From: a virus | Taxonomy: Duplodnaviria; Heunggongvirae; Uroviricota; Caudoviricetes | Reading direction: 5' to 3' (one strand) | IMG/VR virus record: IMGVR_UViG_3300030037_000008 | Coordinates: 47,072 to 111,071 of that record | Length of the DNA: 64,000 nucleotides | Part shown: in pieces, positions 27,120-35,026 of the stretch | Layout of the letters: each line of letters opens with the position of its first letter | How positions within the stretch are numbered: position 1 is the stretch's first letter | Notes under the pieces: generated by a model | Database searches by the model: none | Told to the model about the DNA's origin: nothing | What the model saw: the letters and a program-made list of their open reading frames with translations, nothing else | Translations under genes and position numbers: made by a program

Positions 27120-27528
27120 TCTCGCATATCTCCTTTAATTCTTCGTAAGTACTTGTAACAAATTCACGTGGGCGTATAGCTTTGTCATCCACATAGAATC
27201 CTTCCTTTGCCCAGGGCTTTCCTATCATTAACTGATCGTATTGTACATTGTACTTAGTTAGCCATGCTTCTAGAACAGGTACTGTATGTTCTGTTATCTT
27301 TTCTATGTCTCCATCAAAAGATCTCATGTTTCTTGCAGTAAACAGAACTATTTGAAATCCTGAATCTTTATAAAGTTTTATCTTAGTTATCATATCATGA
27401 TTAGGAACTGCGTTAACATAGTCTCCATTGTATGTTGTACAAATCGTATCATCAATATCCATAACAATTGTCTTTTTGTTTATTGGCATATTATTATCTT
27501 CTTTAAGTTTATTACTTTTAAGAAACAC
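27100..27528 (-). CDS. HAD-superfamily phosphatase
   Basis: Motif I DxDxT in IVMDIDDTIC, motif II LFTARN, and C-terminal GKPWAKEGFYVDDKA (K and DD motifs). 142 aa. Overlaps the upstream gene by 20 nt. Confidence 0.65.
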   Translation of the reverse strand: MFLKSNKLKEDNNMPINKKTIVMDIDDTICTTYNGDYVNAVPNHDMITKIKLYKDSGFQIVLFTARNMRSFDGDIEKITEHTVPVLEAWLTKYNVQYDQLMIGKPWAKEGFYVDDKAIRPREFVTSTYEELKEICENDKLNF

Positions 27529-27549
27529 AGTTTAGTTGATTCTCAGATC

Positions 27550-28155
27550 TTAACTGTTATCATCTCCCCATTTAGTATTTTTCTTAAATACTTTTACACA
27601 TATAACGTTAAACCAAAATACTATAAATATTGATACAGTAATTACTGCAGGGCTTTTGGTAATTGTAAGTATGTTAATACAGTGGAGTATTGACATGATC
27701 ATTAGATATGGCATGAATGCTGAGTATATATAATGTCTGGCGCCCTTTTCGAATAAAATAGGAAGAAATGCTACTCCGCCTAATGCAAGACTAGTTAACA
27801 TAAACGCGCCTACCATCCACATAGCCGGACCTGACTTGTCAGGTCCAATGGCAATAGAAACTACCGCGATTACTACTGTTAAGAATCCTGCCCAACATGC
27901 ACCTAAAACTCTATGTAGCCATTCTTTATTAAACGCTCTAATATCTTCCGCTGATGGTTTATAGTCATCTGAATCAGACTGTGATAATCTAGATTCTACT
28001 CTAGCTAATCTTGCTTCAGACTTAGCAGCTTCAGATTCTCTTGTTCTACATTCGCTTGAACAGTATCCGCCATAGTAACTTTCACTAGCATCGTCACAAT
28101 GTCTATTAGCGCATTTAGAATAACCTCCATCTTGGTATAATCCATGTTGTCGCAT
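27550..28155 (-). CDS. integral membrane protein (Cys-rich N-terminus + 4 predicted TM helices)
   Basis: N-terminal CANRHCDD..GGYCSSEC, then four hydrophobic helices (AGFLTVVIAVVSIAIG, MWMVGAFMLTSLALGGVAFLPILF, IYSAFMPYLMIMSIL, ITVSIFIVFWFNVICV). Confidence 0.5.
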   Translation of the reverse strand: MRQHGLYQDGGYSKCANRHCDDASESYYGGYCSSECRTRESEAAKSEARLARVESRLSQSDSDDYKPSAEDIRAFNKEWLHRVLGACWAGFLTVVIAVVSIAIGPDKSGPAMWMVGAFMLTSLALGGVAFLPILFEKGARHYIYSAFMPYLMIMSILHCINILTITKSPAVITVSIFIVFWFNVICVKVFKKNTKWGDDNS

Positions 28156-28168
28156 ATTACTTTCCTTT

Positions 28169-28333
28169 ATTTGTTTAGACTTTTCTTAATACTAACAAAC
28201 TGTTCTTCGTTATTATCAAAGAATTCAAGTACTATTTTTCTACGTAAGTTTTTGACAAACGGATCTGTTTCGTTATCCATTTCTTTACGGAGTGTCATGA
28301 CCTTATTATATAATTCATCAGGTGTATATTTCA
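28169..28333 (-). CDS. small ORF (about 55 aa) not in the supplied track
   Basis: Reading the reverse complement gives MKYTPDELYNKVMTLRKEMDNETDPFVKNLRRKIVLEFFDNNEEQFVSIKKSLNK. Its TAA lies within the AGGAAAG RBS of the next gene, and it has its own AAGGA RBS. Coordinates are approximate. Confidence 0.35.
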
Positions 28334-28400
28334 TTTAATGATCCTTGTTATTGATTAATATAGTCTAACAGTAATCCAAGAATCACTAATGTACAATCAT

Positions 28401-29078
28401 CTAATCATAAAGTTTAGTCATCTTTCCTAGATTGAATGCTACATCAATAAGCTTAGTAGCATCCAAAGGTTCGGTATCATCTACAATAGGAGAAGAAAGA
28501 ATCATATCTACTGAAGCTCCACTACGTAATGCTATGTTAGTTGCCATGTTTCTAACATCACATTTAAATAGTTTAGGAATATCTTCAGGCTTTGGAGAGT
28601 TTTTACATTTAGCACAAGCTAATACGATTGTCATTTCAGATGAGGTAATAAGATCTACATCTATACAACATAACAACTCTGATTTATAAGAAGTTACTAA
28701 TGATGCAATACCCATTAAGATATCAGTTTCACGAAAGAAGTTAAATAAATCACCTGTATAAGAATGAACATCTACACAAGCTTTAACATAATTCCATGCA
28801 TCTTTCTGACAAGAAATTCCTATTATAGAGTTTTTATAAATCAGAGTACTATCATCAGCTTCAGTAACAAGAATTCTTATTTTAGCAGCTAGTTCTTTGT
28901 CAGTAAATCTACCAAGTAAATCATTGACTGATTCGTTTCCGTCAATCTTCATATCGCAATCTATTACTCTATTAATATGAGCTGAACCTATTGCTATATC
29001 ACTAAGGGCTCCTTGAACTCCAGTAGCACCAGATCCATATGGTATCGATGCTGCAGCATAACTCATAATATTACCCAT
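28401..29078 (-). CDS. hypothetical protein (225 aa)
   Basis: ORF with no confident motif. Ends TKLYD. Confidence 0.45.
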   Translation of the reverse strand: MGNIMSYAAASIPYGSGATGVQGALSDIAIGSAHINRVIDCDMKIDGNESVNDLLGRFTDKELAAKIRILVTEADDSTLIYKNSIIGISCQKDAWNYVKACVDVHSYTGDLFNFFRETDILMGIASLVTSYKSELLCCIDVDLITSSEMTIVLACAKCKNSPKPEDIPKLFKCDVRNMATNIALRSGASVDMILSSPIVDDTEPLDATKLIDVAFNLGKMTKLYD

Positions 29079-29331
29079 TATGCTTTTCGTACAGAGCTCT
29101 TAATCTAGCAATGCCATCGATGTAAGTCTTCTCTAACTCGTCTATAGATTCTTTAGTTACTAATTCGACATATACTTTGCTACAAGAATCTTTGCCACTA
29201 GACTTAGCAAGTTTAGCATTCAATACTTTTGATGACATAACGTGAGCACCATGAGCTCCACCGATAACTTCTTTTACTACATAATAGCCTTTAGTGTACG
29301 ATGTAACTAATCTACCTTCCTTTACTATCAT
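29071..29331 (-). CDS. hypothetical small protein (86 aa)
   Basis: ORF in an overlapping operon. Confidence 0.4.
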   Translation of the reverse strand: MIVKEGRLVTSYTKGYYVVKEVIGGAHGAHVMSSKVLNAKLAKSSGKDSCSKVYVELVTKESIDELEKTYIDGIARLRALYEKHNG

Positions 29332-29344
29332 TATAACTCTCCAA

Positions 29345-29581
29345 TCATTTGGTTAAGTGAGCATTACCCCACCATTCTTTTCCATCAATAACTTCTTCTA
29401 AAACTTTAGAATAATCTTCTTTAACTAACTTAACTAGTAAGTCTCTCATTTTATCATCACACTTAGTTTTTCTAAGAGTCTTCATAAATCTATAAGTACC
29501 TTTCGGCATGAAATCGAATCTAAATAGTATTCCGTCTTTAGTACTTTCTTTAATTTCAGATTGAGTCATTACGTTTTTCAT
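29345..29581 (-). CDS. hypothetical small protein (78 aa)
   Basis: ORF only. Confidence 0.4.
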   Translation of the reverse strand: MKNVMTQSEIKESTKDGILFRFDFMPKGTYRFMKTLRKTKCDDKMRDLLVKLVKEDYSKVLEEVIDGKEWWGNAHLTK

Positions 29582-29655
29582 ATTATATCTCGTTGTTAAT
29601 TAGTTTAGATAAAGATATACTACTAAAACATAATGTACAATCATTTATTAATATT

Positions 29656-30588
29656 TTATTTTGATTCTCCAATGATAGCATTAATTTTATCTCTAAGATC
29701 AGCGTTATGCTGAGTAACAGCGATACCATATTGTTGTGGTAAGTAAACATCTTTTAGTACTTTGTAATCATCTTTAACATAATCATTCAAAACACATTCA
29801 TCATACATTACAGAATCTACTTCCCCTTTGTACAGAGCTACCATACACTTATCAATATTGTCATATAGTTTAGGTTCATTACCAGCATGGGTCATTAAGT
29901 TATGTGAAGAAGTATTTCTAATAGTAGCAACCTTTTGTTGTTTAAGTTCTCCCATTGAATATGATTGTACTGAAGCTTTATTCCATGATGCAGCAGAGAT
30001 ACCAATGATAGCTCCGAAGTACATAATACCACTCATCATGATGAATGCTGCAAATATTCTACCTGATATAGTTTTTGGAGCTACATCACCTAGACCTGAT
30101 GTTGATGATAAATTAAGACTTAGCCATATACCATGTCCGGCTCCAGCCAAAAATCCTTCATCGTTATTATCTCCATTGAGATCTTTTTCTAATACAGAGA
30201 ATATCATTCCTGATATGATCAAGAACACTACGAAGAGTGCTGCTGGAATAATCATATTACCAAAGAAGTTACAACACTTATTCCACATGCCAGTAGTATC
30301 TTTCTTAAGGAGTTTAACTGGAGAGTTGTTATAAGGAATTGTAAAATCAATCACTGATTCTCGTTGAGCATTAATAGTGATGTTACCAATAGCTATATCG
30401 GAAACACCTGTCTGAACATTGTTTAACGCTGTTGCAAGATCTACGTTCTGCATCTTAACATCGAACTGTTTGGATAATTCAACAATAAGATTCTTATCTT
30501 TCTGTGAGGCGTCATGTGTCATAGAAACGTTTAAAGTCTCTGCGTTTAGTGAAACCATTAACGATAGTAATAGGGCGAGGTATTTCAT
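29656..30588 (-). CDS. ionotropic-glutamate-receptor-like (GluR0-type) ligand-gated K+ channel: periplasmic-binding domain split by a 2-TM pore with a TxGxGD selectivity filter
   Basis: Signal peptide MKYLALLLSLMVSLNA. S1 lobe with the family-3 solute-binding-protein motif DIAIGNITINAQRESVIDFTIPY. M1 helix IIPAALFVVFLIISGMIFSVL. Pore loop WLSLNLSSTSGLGDVAP, where TSGLGD matches T(V/I)G(Y/F/L)GD. M2 helix ISGRIFAAFIMMSGIMYFGAIIGI. S2 lobe KVATIRNTSSHNLM...YDNIDKCMVALYKGEVDSVMYDECVL, which resembles GlnH/HisJ. Confidence 0.65.
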   Translation of the reverse strand: MKYLALLLSLMVSLNAETLNVSMTHDASQKDKNLIVELSKQFDVKMQNVDLATALNNVQTGVSDIAIGNITINAQRESVIDFTIPYNNSPVKLLKKDTTGMWNKCCNFFGNMIIPAALFVVFLIISGMIFSVLEKDLNGDNNDEGFLAGAGHGIWLSLNLSSTSGLGDVAPKTISGRIFAAFIMMSGIMYFGAIIGISAASWNKASVQSYSMGELKQQKVATIRNTSSHNLMTHAGNEPKLYDNIDKCMVALYKGEVDSVMYDECVLNDYVKDDYKVLKDVYLPQQYGIAVTQHNADLRDKINAIIGESK

Positions 30589-30944
30589 TAGAGTAGTTCC
30601 TTTTTGTCTACGATTGGGCTAATTGTTATTGAGCATACAGTATGGAATCCATACTCACCATGATTACAATATTCTTCGAATTCTTCACAAAGTTCTTCTG
30701 AAACTCCATAATGTTCACTTGGACTTAATTGACCAAGATCATCTCTTAAACAATCTCCTGTTGGATAGTTATTACCATGCGTCCAGTCAGATCCAGATTT
30801 TGACGTAGTCTTATATGGTTCGAAGTTTTTGATCTTAATGATTAGCGGCATTAGCTCAGCTAACTTTTCATCAGTGATAGTACTAATTCGAATTAATTCA
30901 TCACCATCGTTGCAATCTACTGTTACCGTAATTTCATGTGTCAT
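30588..30944 (-). CDS. hypothetical protein (118 aa)
   Basis: ORF only. Confidence 0.4.
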   Translation of the reverse strand: MTHEITVTVDCNDGDELIRISTITDEKLAELMPLIIKIKNFEPYKTTSKSGSDWTHGNNYPTGDCLRDDLGQLSPSEHYGVSEELCEEFEEYCNHGEYGFHTVCSITISPIVDKKELL

Positions 30945-31468
30945 TTTATCTTACCTTCTTTTGTTAGATGTTGGCAAAACAATTGTTGTTTTGCATATTC
31001 TTTGAAACCTTTCTTATGAATAATAAACTTAGCTTTGATTGTAGAAATACGCCCAATCAAATCAGTTAACTTCGAATCGTATTGAACTAAAGCTTTCTGA
31101 TTAACTATTATAATGTCAATTACATCCGAAGTCTTATAAGAATCTTTAGTATTGATCATTACAGATGGATTAAAAGGATTTTCAATTAAGTAATCTATAT
31201 CGTTATAAAATAATTGTAAGTAGTTCTTATACAGATAACCTAGCTTTGTCGCATCAGTACCGTCATGTGCTTTGAGCCTTCCATTAATACTAGCTGTCAT
31301 AACTACATTGGATCCCATTATCTCAGTTGAATGAAATTTTCCACATGCAGATGTATAGGTGTTTTCTTTATAGACACTAAGTCTCATACTGAACTTTGGA
31401 AACTTAAGATAATCTAGTTCAGATTCATCTCCATACATTCTTAAACAATCTAATTTACTCATAATCAA
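30941..31468 (-). CDS. hypothetical protein (175 aa)
   Basis: ORF only. Confidence 0.45.
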   Translation of the reverse strand: MIMSKLDCLRMYGDESELDYLKFPKFSMRLSVYKENTYTSACGKFHSTEIMGSNVVMTASINGRLKAHDGTDATKLGYLYKNYLQLFYNDIDYLIENPFNPSVMINTKDSYKTSDVIDIIIVNQKALVQYDSKLTDLIGRISTIKAKFIIHKKGFKEYAKQQLFCQHLTKEGKIK

Positions 31469-31481
31469 TTCCTATGAAAAT

Positions 31482-31512
31482 CGGGTTAGTAGAATCTAAT
31501 CTATCTAACCCG
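31482..31512 (-). terminator. possible hairpin/attenuator (8-bp stem CGGGTTAG/CTAACCCG, 15-nt loop) followed by AUUUUCAU on the minus strand
   Basis: Inverted repeat between the SPFH gene stop and the next start. Overlaps a weak TTGTAC-N17-TAGATT promoter-like element, so its role is ambiguous. Confidence 0.25.
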
Positions 31513-31538
31513 CTTGTACAATCTATTTAGGAACTAAT

Positions 31539-32453
31539 TTACTTTTTAGTTTCTACAATTTCTTTGGTAGCTTGTAACTGTACTGCTTGGTTCATTGTGC
31601 TTTGTCCCATTGCTTCGTATGGAAGTACAAAGATTGTATTACTTTCACCTTTAGCTAATGCAATAGTTGTTTCTTCCATTACTTCTAATTGGCGCCATTT
31701 GACGAATGCTGGAGTTAATGAGTCAGCAAGTATTTGATTTTCTCTTGCTTGGCTCGTAGCTTTCAAGACTCTAACTTTATTCAATTCAGTAATTACGGTT
31801 ACTTGGCGAGCAGCATCGATAATATCAGCCTTTGCTTTAGCAGCTTTCAATTCATCTTGAAGTTGAGCGTGTTTGATCTCTTCTCGAAGTAATTTAATTG
31901 AAGCAGGGTGATCAAGATTACTAAGCATTACGGCAGAGATTTTGACTGGCATATTAAGTTGTTTGATTCTTTCTAGAACAATTGTACCGATCTTAGCTTC
32001 AATATTTTCTCGTTCATTACGAATATCATTGGTGTTATATTTACCAACTACATTCCTAGCAGTATTCCTTACAATATCTCGTATCACCATTGTATAGAAA
32101 TCTGCAATGCTCATTTCATTTTTATTATCAACCTTTTTTGTAGGTACTTTATTGATAAGGAATCCTACAGATGTAGTATCAACTTGGAATGATAAAACTG
32201 TCTTAACATCTACATCCATGTTAATTTCATCAGTACAAAGAATTTGAAGTTTCTCTGTATATGAACTGAGTTTTCCATCAACATAGAAGGCAACATCACG
32301 GCCAACTACTGTGTAGTAACCTTTATCATGGATAGTAGTTGCGCCATCAGGTTTCATGACAATAACAGTCTTGCCGGGTGGAACGATTTCACCACAACCC
32401 GCACAAACTAACATGATAGCAGCTAATAGTAATGTCTTAATAATTTTATTCAT
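31539..32453 (-). CDS. SPFH/band-7 (stomatin/prohibitin/HflKC-like) domain lipoprotein
   Basis: Signal peptide with a lipobox-like LVCAGC. Band-7 core LQILCTDEINMDVDVKTVLSFQVD, which matches T-x-D-x-V-x-V-D-x-V-V-x-Y-x-V. C-terminal coiled-coil region with AAKAKADIIDAARQ. Confidence 0.55.
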   Translation of the reverse strand: MNKIIKTLLLAAIMLVCAGCGEIVPPGKTVIVMKPDGATTIHDKGYYTVVGRDVAFYVDGKLSSYTEKLQILCTDEINMDVDVKTVLSFQVDTTSVGFLINKVPTKKVDNKNEMSIADFYTMVIRDIVRNTARNVVGKYNTNDIRNERENIEAKIGTIVLERIKQLNMPVKISAVMLSNLDHPASIKLLREEIKHAQLQDELKAAKAKADIIDAARQVTVITELNKVRVLKATSQARENQILADSLTPAFVKWRQLEVMEETTIALAKGESNTIFVLPYEAMGQSTMNQAVQLQATKEIVETKK

Positions 32454-32459
32454 ATTCTT

Positions 32460-32825
32460 TTATTCCTTTTTTGTGAATTCTAAGAATTCATTTATTGTTT
32501 TATCTCTTAATTCTTCTGTATCATTTAATGCTTTCTTTGAAGTAACATCATCAGTATTAGAAGGGTTGTAGATTATTGATCCTGCTTGGTTTTCTTTTGG
32601 TACTATCTGTCCTGCTTTATTAGATTCTTTGAAGTCTTTAAAAGTTCCAAAGTATAATAAAGATGTTACTGTACAGAACATAGAAAATAACAAGAATCTT
32701 AGTAGGTAGGACTTTGCTAATTTTTGAACATACTTATATTTGTCTAAATCATTTAAAACAATATGGAATGATGTAGCCATTATAATAATAAAGAAATATA
32801 AGAATAGTGTTAAACCGTGAATCAT
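32460..32825 (-). CDS. small membrane protein (2 predicted TM helices)
   Basis: Hydrophobic stretches LTLFLYFFIIIMATSF and LLFSMFCTVTSLLYFG. Confidence 0.45.
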   Translation of the reverse strand: MIHGLTLFLYFFIIIMATSFHIVLNDLDKYKYVQKLAKSYLLRFLLFSMFCTVTSLLYFGTFKDFKESNKAGQIVPKENQAGSIIYNPSNTDDVTSKKALNDTEELRDKTINEFLEFTKKE

Positions 32826-32893
32826 TTTGACACCTTAGAATTTAATCTCCTTGGTCACTATAATAGTAACCAAGGAGATCGTTTATACTTTAC

Positions 32894-33580
32894 TTACTTC
32901 TTAGTATTCTTTGCTTCTTCTTTCTTTGCTTTCATAGCTTCTGCAAAGGAAGGTTTGCTAGAAGAATTGATGTAAGTATCTTCAAGGTTCTGAACTTCAG
33001 CTCCGGCACTTGCAATTTCTTCGTAAGCTTCTGCTTCAGCTTCGTTGGAATTGACATGTTCTTCGAATGCTTTGAGTTTACCAAGAGCTGAATTCTCACC
33101 GTTAAGTGCTTCAGAGTCAGCAGCCATTTCTTTGCGAATCTCAGCAGATTCATTTCGAGCTTTAAGAGTATTGAGACCAGAAGCTGCAGAGTTAATTGCA
33201 TTTTCATACTTCTGAATATCAGCGCGGAGGCGATTTTCAATTTTCTGATTTTCATCAACTTGCTTAGTGAATGCTTTTACTTGTTTAGTAGCATCCTCAA
33301 GTTTGCCGATTGCGATATTGTAATGATCTTCGTTACCAGCTTCGAGAGCACCGTCAACGATAGTTTGATACTTGCCTTCGTTAACCTTAGCATCTTTGAG
33401 TTGGCGTTCAAGAAGATTAGTATTTGTCATAATCTTTGCCAACTTGTGTTTGCTTTCTTTAACTTTAGCTTTACCATCTTCGAGGCCAAGTTCTCCCTCT
33501 AATTCTTGATTTTTGATGCTGTTATCGAGATCTCTGATTTTACCGCGAAAAAGATTTTTCAATGTATTGAATAGTCCCAT
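32894..33580 (-). CDS. PspA/IM30 (phage-shock protein A / Vipp1) family coiled-coil protein
   Basis: N-terminus MGLFNTLKNLFRGKIRDL matches the PspA start MGIFSRFADIVNANINALL. The remaining ~220 aa is charged, heptad-rich coiled coil of PspA length. RBS AAGGAATACATATT-ATG. Confidence 0.55.
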   Translation of the reverse strand: MGLFNTLKNLFRGKIRDLDNSIKNQELEGELGLEDGKAKVKESKHKLAKIMTNTNLLERQLKDAKVNEGKYQTIVDGALEAGNEDHYNIAIGKLEDATKQVKAFTKQVDENQKIENRLRADIQKYENAINSAASGLNTLKARNESAEIRKEMAADSEALNGENSALGKLKAFEEHVNSNEAEAEAYEEIASAGAEVQNLEDTYINSSSKPSFAEAMKAKKEEAKNTKK

Positions 33581-33634
33581 AATATGTATTCCTTATTTTT
33601 ATTTTTATTAAAGATCGTTATTGATCCTTTATCT

Positions 33635-33663
33635 AAGATACAACACTTAAAGTGTTTGTACAA
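33635..33663 (-). promoter_or_regulatory. early promoter cassette AAAGCGATTGTACA-N17-TATCTT
   Basis: Reverse complement of gtacaa (33658-33663) and aagata (33635-33640). The spacer contains the palindrome ACACTTAAAGTGT. Confidence 0.45.
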
Positions 33664-33678
33664 TCGCTTTTATAACTT

Positions 33679-34095
33679 TTATGAATATAATTTACAAGCG
33701 CTATAAATCAATTCAATTTGTTTGTAGTTTAGTGAAGTGTCAGGTATTTCAAAGGTTCTACCAGGATCATCCAGCATGTCTAATAAGCTTTCTTCAGACA
33801 TAACTTGTAGCGCCATAGTTTTACAATCGTTAACTCTCATATGATAGTTAGAAGGCTTCTTAGAAAACCAATTCTTTTTATGAGGTTTAATATGAAATAT
33901 ATAAAAGCTATCTCCATTAACTCTTACTATGTATCTATTTAAGAATTGTTCTAATAAGAAGTTAGGAGTTTGCCAATTACCTTCACCACACGCGGTACAT
34001 CTAATTGTTCTACTTGCGTCACATCCAAAACAATGACTACTCATTAATATCCTCCTTCTACTACATGAGACATTAAATATCTTCATAGGTTTCAT
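33679..34095 (-). CDS. hypothetical protein with an N-terminal Cys4 zinc-finger-like cluster (138 aa)
   Basis: CFGCDASRTIRCTACGEG. Ends CKLYS. Confidence 0.45.
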   Translation of the reverse strand: MKPMKIFNVSCSRRRILMSSHCFGCDASRTIRCTACGEGNWQTPNFLLEQFLNRYIVRVNGDSFYIFHIKPHKKNWFSKKPSNYHMRVNDCKTMALQVMSEESLLDMLDDPGRTFEIPDTSLNYKQIELIYSACKLYS

Positions 34096-34342
34096 ATACT
34101 CTTACAGCTTTACAATCAAAGCCATTATCTCTAAGAGCTTGTGCTTTATCTAACACACTTTTCTTATTGACATATACTTTACCAGATTGATCAAATCGTG
34201 CTGACCATGCAGGCTCACCTGACTTATAAAACCATCCAATATCTGGTGAGTTATACTTTTTAGGTGATGTACCTTCAACTGCGATAATTTTATAAGTAGG
34301 TTTCATTTGACTAGTCGTTCTCGATAGTGTCATAGAGTTCAA
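34073..34342 (-). CDS. hypothetical small protein (89 aa)
   Basis: ORF only. Confidence 0.4.
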   Translation of the reverse strand: MNSMTLSRTTSQMKPTYKIIAVEGTSPKKYNSPDIGWFYKSGEPAWSARFDQSGKVYVNKKSVLDKAQALRDNGFDCKAVRVYETYEDI

Positions 34343-34952
34343 TATCAGATTCAGTAATGGTATTACCTTTAAAGATATTGATTACGCCAGCGCCATCTTC
34401 TTCAATATTAGGACCATAGCTTTCATCGATTACAATAACTGTATCATATTCAATGTCATCTTCTGTAACATATTCAGAGATAGTTAGAATGCCTTGACCA
34501 TCAAATTCTGAGTTAGTAACCGTACATTGCATTTCAGCATGTTTCTGAATAAACTCTGAATCATCACCATCAGTAATTGAATTAGTGAAACTGATATCAT
34601 CAAGTTGAGTATCTTCAAGATCTAAACCTTCAGTATCAAATAGGAATGTACAATCTTGTTCGAAGTAATCTGCTCTACCCCAATTTTCAAAATCATTGGT
34701 GTCATTGAATACTACGAAGATTGATTCTTCGTTGTCGATTGTTTTGTAGATGAGCGAGAGATCCTGTTCAGGATGATGAAGATCAATAATATCATAAGTT
34801 ACCATGTCTTCTAATTGAACGATTGAACGTTTACTTTTTACTTGAAATACAATGCCGTCTGGATTTGATCCGAATTCATGTGCATCCATCTGGCTTCTTG
34901 GGTCTTTAAGGAGAATGAAGTCTGTAATATCAATATGATTCTTGTTCACCAT
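34311..34952 (-). CDS. acidic hypothetical protein (213 aa)
   Basis: D/E-rich ORF. Confidence 0.45.
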   Translation of the reverse strand: MVNKNHIDITDFILLKDPRSQMDAHEFGSNPDGIVFQVKSKRSIVQLEDMVTYDIIDLHHPEQDLSLIYKTIDNEESIFVVFNDTNDFENWGRADYFEQDCTFLFDTEGLDLEDTQLDDISFTNSITDGDDSEFIQKHAEMQCTVTNSEFDGQGILTISEYVTEDDIEYDTVIVIDESYGPNIEEDGAGVINIFKGNTITESDIELYDTIEND

Positions 34953-35026
34953 TGGTGTGTTCCTTTTTAAATAGATATATGTAATAAAAGAGAGACCATA
35001 ATTGATCTCTCTAAGGTGTTAGTGTA

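Noticed and set aside
28340-28400. Promoter cassette at 28383-28400 (aatgtacaatcat)
   Set aside because: A -35-like TTGTAC is present, but no acceptable -10 at 16-18 nt (TACTGT). Not listed as a feature.
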